Source: Octopus sinensis
Taxonomy: Eukaryota
Length of the DNA stretch: 64,000 nucleotides
Direction: 5' to 3'
Assembly (NCBI RefSeq): GCF_006345805.1
Contig: NW_021834783.1
Span: forward strand, 4,484 to 68,483
Program-made: the position numbers and the translations under genes
Part shown: piece after piece, positions 1-10,419 of the stretch
Numbering within the stretch: the stretch's first letter is position 1
Layout of the letters: each line of letters opens with the position of its first letter
Notes under the pieces: model-generated
The model's database searches: none
The model's input: only the letters and a program-made list of their open reading frames with translations
What the model was told of the DNA's origin: nothing

Positions 1-249
1 CCACAATTCTTACCATGCTTTCATCAAACTTTTCCTCTCCTTTAGAACACTCTTTCCCTTTTTTTTTCTCGCCATATTTTCTTTTCTCCCGATTTCTTTC
101 AAAAACGTCGACCTTAAAGAAAAAAATCAACAACAAAAACTCCACAAACAAACAAAAAAAGACACCATTCTCCCTCAAATCTCTTAGAATTTCACGACAT
201 TATTTTATAATCACACACAAAATATACCTACACCACTTAACAAAGTAAT

Positions 250-660
250 AAATATATGATATAATCGCTTAAATTCCCGCAAAATCGATCGATCGAACTT
301 TGCTAAGTTCTTTCATGACAACGTAACTTTTCCTCTCTCTCCCAACTGTTGTACGATAATAGTTTCCCCTCTCCTCTGTGTGGGTGGGCACATTTATATA
401 TACATATATCTATATATATATATATATGGTCATTGCAGCATTCCTCTCTCTCTCTGGTCAGTGTTGTTATTGAAGTTATGGAGGCAAGACAATAGAATCA
501 ATGATGTACCCACATATATATATTCCTTCCTCCTCTCTGTATTATATGTTACCACCCTATTTGGTTTCATCCGTTATTTCCGTCTTCCCCACGAATCCTC
601 ACTAATCTCCGTCCCTGCTGCTCACCTGGTCTCTACCTGTCATACTTTTAATCAAAGGTG
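250..660 (+). promoter_or_regulatory. Putative promoter and first non-coding exon of the GMEB-like gene
   Basis: Unique, relatively CpG-rich sequence (TCGATCGATCGA at about 286-295) and a donor-like AAAG/gtgggt near 656; no long ORF; inferred. Confidence 0.35.
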
Positions 661-778
661 GGTATAAAACCAAGTTTTTTCTTTCTTTGTTCTTCATATA
701 ACACACACACACACATGCAATTACTATTATTATTATTTATTGTTTGTATTATTTTCCGTTATGTTCTTATTGATACAG

Positions 779-942
779 CATGCCTTTAATCGAAAAGTCT
801 CTCCATCCATGACCTTCTCGTCGTTGCATATCAAATAATAATTTCCGATTAAGGACAAGGGCCTCAGTTTTCAGGGATGCTGGGGGAGAGGGATTGATGT
901 CGACGTCGGTGGAGTTTGAACTGGGAACGTAAAGACCCGGAG
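779..942 (+). other. Putative 5'UTR exon of the GMEB-like gene carrying short uORFs
   Basis: ttattgatacag acceptor; donors GAG/gtaaca (943) or CAG/gttcgc (976); GC-richer than flanks; no ATG in frame with 7258. Confidence 0.4.
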
Positions 943-2075
943 GTAACACTGCGAGGCTCTAAACGGATTCTGCAGGTTCGCCACCTTCATAATAATAATA
1001 ATAATAACAATAATTCTTTCTACGAATAGACAAGGCCTGACATTTTATGGGGAGGTGGTTAGTGGATTAGATCGATCCCAGTACTTGACTGTTACTTATT
1101 TAATCGACCCATGGAAGACAAAATGTTAGTCTGGGATTTGATCTGAGAACCTAAAGAACTGCAACAAATATCGCTCAGCATTTTCCCCCACCCCCGGGGC
1201 TTTAGAACACAACTCGTCGGAAAAGGATGAAAGGTGATGGTAGGAGCAAAAGAACCGCAATAAGTCAAGTAAAGACAGCAATTATACTCGTATAGTCCAC
1301 CAAAATACTTGAATAGTTCACAATAAAATACGTTATTCGGTGTCCTACGGTAAGAGTTTCGTTTGAGGGAGATTTAGCTACTCTTTTGTAGCAGGTAGTG
1401 ACCCCGAACGCACCCGTATGTCATCGACCTGTGCTTTGCGAACGTGATCTTTCTTTACTAAACACATTTAGAGAATTTTTTGGTTATATTTGGCTCTTAA
1501 AACTTTTGTCTAGATATATTTTTATAACAACAATAATAATAATTCGTTCTGATCTTGGCACAAATCCAACAATTTCCAGAAAAGGGGACAGATGGGGACA
1601 GCTGGTTACACCGACCCCAGGACTTGACCGCTATTTCATTTTATCGTCCCGGAAAGGACGAAAGGCAGAGTTGTGGAACAACAACAACAACAATAAATGT
1701 GCAAGCAAGCACTTGTTACCTTCACACCTATCATGGAATTTAAACAACTCTTCTTCTGCCTAGAGTTGTGTTTTCTTCCCGTCTGCTTCCTCACCGAGGA
1801 ATGAGAAATAACAGTTGTTATTTCTAACACAGGCAGAAGGCCAGATTTTTTTCTTTTTTTTTCTTTTGCAGGAAGGGTAGCAGTTGTTTATAGCACTTTA
1901 TTTTATTGACCCAGAAAGTAGGGAAAAAAACAATTTTGAGACATGGGCTGGATTTGAACATAAAAAAGCAGAATAAACTACCGGAGAGTAACCGTAAGGG
2001 TCAAACTAAAGCGTTTTTAGCCCGTTATAAAAAGAAAATTATAAAAGTGATAATGATTTCAACTGGCAACAAAAG

Positions 2076-2232
2076 ACCGTATTTTAACGTGTATAAGGAA
2101 CCCCCTAATTTTGGGGTTCTTAAAATTTGGAAAAAATAAGGATTATAATACTATCCGTGTGTAAGAAACTCCCATATTTTTTAAAACTAAGTTTTGACAA
2201 AAATAGATTCCTTATACACGTTAAAATACGGT
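2076..2232. mobile_element. Tc1/pogo-type MITE
   Basis: Perfect 25-bp TIR ACCGTATTTTAACGTGTATAAGGAA (2076-2100 and 2208-2232). Confidence 0.7.
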
Positions 2233-3524
2233 AATATGTTGATATCAGTGCTTTGCTGGAATTTATTTTATGAAAGGCGAAATGCTTAGCAGTATTTCGT
2301 CTGTCTTTTATGTTCTGAGTTCAAATTCCGCCGTGGTCGACTTTGCCTTGTATCCTTTTGGGGTCGATAAGTACCAGTTGCGCACTGGAGTCGATCTAAA
2401 CGACTGGCCCCCTCTCCAAAAATTTCAGTCCTTCTGCCTAGATTAGAAAAGATATTTATCTTATGAAACCCTAGAAGGGTGACTGCAAAAAGCCAGCCTT
2501 GGTAGTATTTGAACTAAGAACCAGGGAAAGAGCCAAAAGAAATGCCACTAAGCAATTTGCCTGACATGCTAAAGATTTTTTTGCTAGTTTGCCAATTAAT
2601 AATAATACTGTATGCCCTGATGCAGTACCAGGCTGTGGTTCTCATGGCTTCTGATCATAATTGATTGGAAGTGTTAACATGTACATGTTTTATCTTGATG
2701 TAAAAGATGGGCTACAGCAAATATTCTGCTCAATACCACAGATTTGCTTGTCAGCTGCTTAACTATAACCAGTTGTGCATGTCACTTAATGGCTGATGCT
2801 ATGTGCATCTCTTATCACAAGCAGAAATAGTGGGGAAGCCTCATAACCATGTGTTGAGAAGTGTTTCACCCATCATCCTTAACCCTTATTCAGGGATGTT
2901 TTAAGCAGGATGAACTCGACCTGAAGAAAATTATAAGTGGGTTCCACCTGTGAGGTCATGTGCTGCTCATCTTGATATGAGGTCACCATGTCACACACAT
3001 GGTTTTTATGTATGTGCCTGGTGTATCCTTATCAGATAGTATATAGGGCTTCGTATATTTGTACCCCACCATCACTTTGATGGCATGCATTGCTCTCATC
3101 GTCATAATAATTTTTAAATTTTGGCACAAGGCCAGGAATTTTAGAGATAGAGAATAAATCAATTAAATTGACTCCAAGTTCTTCACTGGTACTTATTATC
3201 GACCCCAAAACAAGGATGGGCAGATCTTGTATGCTATGTTCCTTTAATGCCCTAAACATTTTCCCCTTGAATATGCTGTGCATCTTTTATACCATCAATT
3301 ATGGTAATTCCTGTATTGCCATGTAGTCCAGCACGGTTCTTGCTTCACACTTTCTTTAACTGCATTTTAACAAGTAGCCTGTCTATGTATTCCTATAAAT
3401 TTTCAATATAATCAAGATTTTCAAAGTATTTAGTGAAAAACCTGTAAATTTATGTATTGGTATATATATTATGTTGGTGTTGACCAATTGAAATCTCATG
3501 TAATTCGGTTTCTATTTAAACACT

Positions 3525-4846
3525 TTGCCCCTGGCAGCTCCTCTATGCTGATGACCTGATCTCATAGCAGAATCACTACCAGAACTAGAAAAGAAATTTC
3601 GGGTGTGGAAGCAAGGGTTAGAATCAAAGGGCCTTAGAGTAAATGTAGCAAAGACCAAAGTTATATTAAGCAGAATGGCGAACTCAGCACACACACCCTC
3701 GGGCAGGTGGCCCTGCTCGATCTGTAGGAAAGGTGTAGGTAGAAACTCCATAAGATGTACCCAGTGTAAGCTATGGACGCATAAGAGGTGCAGCAACATC
3801 AAAGGGAAATTAACTGATAAGATAGCTTTCATGTGCGGCCAATGCACAGGGACAATAGACACCACAGATACTCAGAAAACAGATTCCATCACACTCCAGG
3901 GGAAGAAACTAGAAGTATTTGATAGTTTCCGCTACCTGGGTGACCAAGTTAGTAGTGGAGGTGGATGCTCAGAGAGTGTCACCACTAGAATACGAATAGC
4001 CTGGGCTAAGTTTAGAAAGCTCCTACCCCTACTGGCGACAAAGGGTCTCTCACTCAGAGTGAAAGGTAGATTGTATGATGCATGTGTGCGAACTGCCATG
4101 CTTCACGGTAGTGAAACATGGGCCGTGACTGCAGAGGACATGCGTAGACTTGAAAGAAATGAAGTTAGCATGATCTGCTGGATGTGTAATGCCAGTGTGC
4201 GCACACGACAGAGGGTAAGCACCGTGAGAGAAATGCTGGACATAAGGAGCATCAGATGTGGTGTGCAAGAGCGACGCTTGCGATGGTATGGTCATGTACT
4301 GTGGATGGACGAGGAAAGTTGTGTGAAGAAGTGCCGCTCCCAAACAGTTAAAGGTATCACGGGGAGAGGTAGACCCAGGAAGACATGGGATGAGGTAGTC
4401 AAGCATGACCTCAGAGCGTTGGGCCTCATAGAGGCAATGGCGAAGGACTGAGATCTCTGAAGATATGCTGTGACTGCAAAGACCTGGGCTGCTTCCTGCA
4501 CCAGTTCCACATAGCCCCTGCCCATTCAAAGTACCTTGGATTCCAGAACATCCCGCTGTGCTTGAGACCTATTGAGTCAAGTACATGAACATCGAAATAA
4601 ATATCAATGGAAATAGTAGTTGTGATACCTGTGCCGGTGGCACGTAAAAAGCACCATCCAAACATGGCTGATGCCAGCGCTGCCTTGACTGGCTTCTGTG
4701 TCGGTGGCACATAAAAAGCACCATCCAAACGTGGCCGATGCCAGCGCCGCCGTGACTGGCTTCCGTGCAGTCACTGGCTTCCCAGACCCCGGTCGAACCG
4801 TCCAACCCGTGCTAGCGTGGAAAACGGATGTTAAACGATGATGATG
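3525..4846 (+). mobile_element. 5'-truncated RTE-clade LINE (RT C-terminal half with PHD insertion, 3'UTR, (GAT)n tail)
   Basis: LLYADD at 3538-3555 (frameshifted), ORF 3603-4451 with KTKV, FRYLG, RRLRWYGHV, GRGRPRKTW; continues into the abundant repeat and ends ttaaacgatgatgatga. Confidence 0.9.
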
Positions 4847-5189
4847 ATACCAAACCATCTGACATTGCCCCTGGCTTTATGGTACAGACTTCCCATTTTA
4901 AAATCATCTAAGTTAAAACTTTCCATTTAAATTTCATGTTAATTTATGTTGGAAACAACAACTTAAAAATGACAAAGTTAATTCATTAAATTCTTTGTTA
5001 TTTAAAAGAAAGTTAATGTGTAAAGTGAAATAATGTATTTCAACAGAAATGTGGTAACTCAAAGGTTAAATATCTCAGTATTGTCTTAGAAACAAGCTTG
5101 ATAGTTAAATGCATAAAAGGATAAATTGTCTTCATTTAGAGCATGGACTAATGTCTTAGGATAACCCCTATGAAGACAGTTAAGCCATC

Positions 5190-5690
5190 ATCACGATTGT
5201 CTTTTCTTGTCTTGAGACTGCATTCACCCGGGTTGTGATGAGCTGGCTTCATTTATCCTCAATGCTGCATCTCTCACAAACGCTGACCAGACCTGGCGAT
5301 TTGGGGCTAACGACCATATGATCTCCAACCACTCCTTATTCCAGCGGTGAATGCCGTAGATATGGGGTCTAGGTTGGGTTCCAGATCAGCCTTGACTATC
5401 ATCAGCCAGGTTTTCGTTGTCCACCACAACCGCTTTCGCCAACCCTGAAGGGGAGCTGGGGCAATTGCTTCGTAGATGAATTCTCCTGGTTGATGATGGA
5501 GGGCATGACCCAGCCAACGCAGACGTCTCGTTAGAATGACTTGTTGGAGGGAGGTGATTTTGCACTGTTGTCGCACCGAATTGTTGGAGACAAAGTGATA
5601 CCATCGGACATGAAAGATGCGGCGTAGACAGAGGTGATCGAAGGATTCTAGTTACTTAATATCTTCCACCCTCATCGGCCATGACTCGCT
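5190..5690 (-). mobile_element. Degenerate LINE RT 3' fragment (RTE-like, different family)
   Basis: Peptide VSNNSVRQQCKITSLQQVILTRRLRWLGHALH...KTWLMIVKADL typical of non-LTR RT C-termini. Confidence 0.7.
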
Positions 5691-6187
5691 GCCGTAAAGG
5701 AGACTTGTTCTCACTAGGGAACTCATTAACTTCATTGGTTGAAGTTAATGAGTTGTTTCAGACAGCAAGCTGGCAGAATCATTAGCTCACTGGTCAAAAT
5801 GCTTTGCACCATTTCATTCGTCTTTATATTCTAAGTTGAAGTTGGTTGAAAAAAGAAATAGCAGTTATGCACTGTGGAGGTTGATGTGATCGACCTGACC
5901 CTCCCTTGTGTCAAAATTTGAAACTGAATTTAATGGGTTGTTTGTTGTGGAAGGGTATCCAGCTGTAGAAATCATGCCGAAGCATACACTGGAACACAGC
6001 ACAGTCCTCTGGCTAGTTGGGTGGTCCTGTCAAGCCATCCAATCCATGCCAATATCCAGGTATCCACCCTCCCCCAATGTACTCTTTAAATGACAATAAA
6101 TGCATTGTTGATTGTCTTAGAAACAAGATTGATGGTTAAATGCATAAATGGATAAATCAACTTCATTTAGAGCATGGTTTAATGTTC

Positions 6188-6634
6188 ACATGTAACATTT
6201 CCAACGGACTCCCTTCAAAATGCGATGGGTGCTTGATTTAGGGATTCCGCTCTCATGAGTCATTTGTCATACAGATTTTTGTGGGGAACAGTGAAGGATT
6301 TCCATCAATTCTTCTTCCTTTAGGACAATTCCTTTTCTCTTACTTTCTTGAATGTTCCTTATGGATGTCATACACAGTTCCATCTGATTCAAACTTATCT
6401 TGGATGCGAGCAGTGTTGCATTGCACTGGTGGATCTTTCTGAAAATCACTTCAAATTGTCTTAGCACTTCCACGATGTTTTAATGCTTCCAAGTCGCACT
6501 TTTTCATGAATTTTCTCCTTGAAATCTTTGTCATACTTCTGCCATTATTAGGATCAATTTGATCCAAAAAGAAATGAAAAATCCAGTGAGTTATGGAGAG
6601 TCAAAATGCGAGTACATTTTTTTGGCACACCCTG
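6188..6634 (-). mobile_element. Tc1/mariner transposase 5' fragment with one TIR
   Basis: TA-CAGGGTGTGCCAAAA end at 6634; broken N-terminal HTH peptide (RQFE..F..DPP..., SPQKSV...ESGIPKSSTHRILK). Confidence 0.65.
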
Positions 6635-6774
6635 TAGAAGACAGACATTAAATGATGATGATGATGATCCTTTTGATTGAAATTGCATTCAATATTTCGT
6701 TGCAGCCAAAAATGGCGAGCTGACAGAATTGTTAGCACAGCAGGCAAAATGCATAATGGTATTTTGTATATTAA

Positions 6775-7075
6775 AGCAGCGAGCTGGCAGAAACGTTAAC
6801 GCACCTGGCTAAATACTTAGCAGTATTTCGTCTGTCTTTACATTCTGAGTTCAAATTCCACCGAAGTTGACTTTGCCTTTCATCCTTTCGGGGTCAATAA
6901 ATTAAGTACCAGTTACGCACTGGGGTCGATGTAATCAACTTAATCCGTCTGTCTGTCCTTGTTTGTCCTCTCTGTGTTTAGCCCCTTGTGGGTAGTAAAG
7001 AAATAGGTATTTTGTTTGTCTTTATGTGCTGAGTTTAAATTTTGCTGAGGTTTTGCCTTTTAAACTTTTGTGATT
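6775..7075 (+). mobile_element. tRNA-headed SINE family 1 with degenerate second unit
   Basis: GGCGAGCTGGCAGAA head, B-box-like GTTCAAATTCC, tail gtagtaaagaaatag followed by a partial repeat unit. Confidence 0.75.
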
Positions 7076-7257
7076 GACTTTGCCTTTCTTCCTTTCAATA
7101 AAATGAGTACAGGGGTTGTCATTGACTTGCCCAGTCCCACCAAATTGCTGGCCCTGTGCCAAAATTTGACAGCAATGCTTCATTGCAGCCTATTGAAAAT
7201 GTATTTATCTAACAGCTTCTACTTGTTATCTTAGTAAAATTCAATTCTCTCTTACAG

Positions 7258-7469
7258 ATGACTGAAGATAGTGCAGGGGTGATAACAGTCACCTGTGGAA
7301 ATTTGGTTGGTAAACTACATATGGAGAAATTTATTTGTCCTGGCATTCACCGAGAATGTATTGAGTTTGAAGGCCGTTTTATCTCTCCGAAGCTGTTTTC
7401 TGTCATGGGCGAGAAAGAAAAGCTTAAAGACTGGAAGAATGCTGTTCGAATGAATGGCATCCAACTCAG
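7258..7469 (+). CDS. GMEB: GMEB-like coding exon 1 (SAND domain)
   Basis: Acceptor cttacag directly before ATG; donor AG/gtattt; encodes SAND with KDWK. Confidence 0.93.
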
Positions 7470-10388
7470 GTATTTCATCTTTGATCTGTTTCATTAAAGT
7501 TTTCGTTACCAAACCGCCCAAACCCGCCCGAATTTACCTATTCATATTTAAATGAGAATATCAGAGCAAATCTCTTTAGTACATTCGTGAAAACATGTGA
7601 TTATGCTTTGTAAACAGTTAATCTACAGTTTTGTACAACGATCGACGTGTAATTTTAATTCCCTGAATTTTGGGAGATTTTTTTCGGCATCGATTTTTCT
7701 TCAACTTTGAAAATGGATAGGAGTTTCATGTTATCAAGCATTGATTCCGAATTGGAAAATTTGTGAAACAAATACTGGGTACTGTTGTGGATTTAGTTTT
7801 TATACAGGGAAACTAATGTTAGTCAGCATGACTTAGGGTATGATGTGGTCTGGACGTTATTGTTTGAAGTGATCAATGCGGAAACAAACTTACGCTGAAT
7901 GTAAACAAACACAAAATGGGGGTTCAGATTTCGGAAAATTTGTGAAGCAAATACTGAGTACTGCGTGGATTTAGTTTTTATACAGGGAAAATAATGTTAG
8001 TCAGCATGGCCTAGGGAACGATGTGGTCTGGAATTTATCACTTCCATACCATAACCAGGGCCGTATATTATTTTTTGACCGATTTCTTTAGTTCAGTCAA
8101 ATTTACGGTGGATTCCAGTATTTCACTTTATTCCACCTTTATGGTACACCTGTTGTGCACTAAATTCAACAGATGATATAGTGATGTGCACAATTCTTCT
8201 TTATCAAAATTTTGTTGCATACCCATTTGAATATTAGCTGATGATTCATTTTCTATGGTGATGTTTAAACAAAATTTTAATATTTTTACCTTTTGCTCAA
8301 TTAAAAATTTTAATATTTTTACCTTTTTGCTCAATTTACGTGGATTTACCTGTAATTAAAGTCACTTTGAGACAAAAGTTATGCAATAGAATTGATTAAG
8401 AACCCTTTCTTTAATTATGTTCCAAATATCACATTAATATGTTGATAAGTAAAAAAGTTACAGTTATTTAATGAAACAAGCCTAGATTCATGATTATTTT
8501 AGAATTTAATTGAAACTCATGAGTGTATTTCGGTCAGAAATATAGTAACGAAAGGGTTAAAGTTTTTTATCACAGTTTTTACCTTATTTGGAATGGAGGC
8601 ACCACCTTGAAGAATTTTTAGTCGAATGAACGAATCAATTCCAGTACTTTTTTTTTTCAAAGCCTGGTACTTATTCTATCAGTCTCTTTTGCTGAAGCAC
8701 TAAGTTACAGGACCATAAACACAAACACATACACAATGGTCTTTCAGTTTCTGTCTACCAAATCCACTCACAAAGCTTTGGCCTGCCTGAGGCTGTAGTA
8801 GAAGACACTTGTGCAAGGTGCCATGCTGTGGAACTGAACCCGGAACCATGTGGTTGGGAAGCAAGCTTCTTATCACACAGCCACATGTTAATCTATTCTA
8901 AGAAATTTAATGATATCAATGCAGTAATGCTTCATGTTTATAAACAAGCAAAGTTTTGGGAAATTAAAGAATCTCTTTGTATAGAATTTATTGATTTGTA
9001 TACTTTGCTGATACAAACAACACTTAATAGTCAAGACATCACTTTTACCATTTTTATGTCTCAAGCTGCCCCTCCACTCCTGGTCCTCACTTACTACATT
9101 CACTTCTACCCCCATCACTACTCTTGCACATAGCTAAGTGGTTAGGGTGCTCAGCTTACGATTGTAAGCTTGTGAGTTTGATACCTGGCAGTATAGTGTT
9201 TCCTTGAGCAAGACACTTTACTCCATGTTGCTCCAGTCCCCTCAGCTGGCAAAAATGAGCTGTAGCTGTGATTCAAAGGGCCAGCCTTGCCTCGTTCCAT
9301 GTCGTGCTGAATCTTCCTGAGAACTACATTAAGGGTCCCTGTGTCTGTGGCGAGCTGGCAGAATCATTAACACGCCAAGCGAAATGCTTAGCGGTATTTT
9401 GTCTGCCGCAACGTTCTGAGTTCAAATTCCGCCGAGGTCGACTTTGCCTTTCATCCTCTCGGGGTCGATAAATTAAGTACCAGTTATGCACTGGGGTCAA
9501 TCTAATCGACTTAATCCGTTTGTCTGTCCTTGCTTGTCCTCTCTGTGTTTAGCCCCTTGTGGGTAGTAAAGAAATAGGTACCTGTGTCTGTGGAGTGCTC
9601 AGCATCTTACACATTATTATATTGTGTGTATGTATTTGTGTGTGTGTGTATCCTAGTCTTGACATCATGTGGTGTTTGTAGGAAAAGCATTTGGGCTGTA
9701 GAAAATCTGCCTCAACAAATTCTGGGTACTATTAGCGAACAGTGGTCCCGGTGTGTGCACACGCGCATCCGCAGTAGCTAGTCGTAAGTAGTCAATCTTA
9801 AATAATTTTTAAACTAAGTAAATAAATTATTTTTATAAACAAACTAAGGTTAGGGTTAAAAAGTCATTGTTGGATCGACTACTTATGAAGAGCTAGCGCG
9901 GATGCACGTGTGCACGCACCAGGACCACTGTTCACTAGTAGTACCCAATTCTGTGTGGCCCATTCAGGCTTGGAAAAGTAGATGTTACATAATAATGATG
10001 ATGATAATACAAATGTATAAAGTGGTGTAGAGTTGTTCTAAATGTCTTCACTTTCATTCCCTTCAGGAAGTACATTGAATCAGGACAGTTGGATTTTACT
10101 AATCACCAAGAGATGTGTACAGGTCGCTGTGTACCGCACGCACCTTTGAAGACAATGGTATTTGATGATGGCACTTTGGCCCCAATCTCAACTCTGCTGG
10201 CAGAGACTGGGATTAGCATTAAAGAAAACAATTATCTCTATGTTTCTGAACAGACTTCTGGCAAAATTGCTGAAGCAGTAGGAAGTCAGTATACGTATGT
10301 TAATCAATCTCAAAACCAAGATGACCCCGATGTCAAACCAAGTGTACAGGTTCTGCATAGAGCTGTGACAGCTGAAAACACTGAAGAA

Positions 10389-10419
<31 letters not shown>

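Noticed and set aside
767-949. 60-aa minus-strand ORF
   Set aside because: GTG start shortly after an in-frame TAG and no recognisable motif; plus-strand splice signals favour a UTR exon
4050-4529. 159-aa minus-strand ORF
   Set aside because: Antisense shadow of the RTE RT ORF
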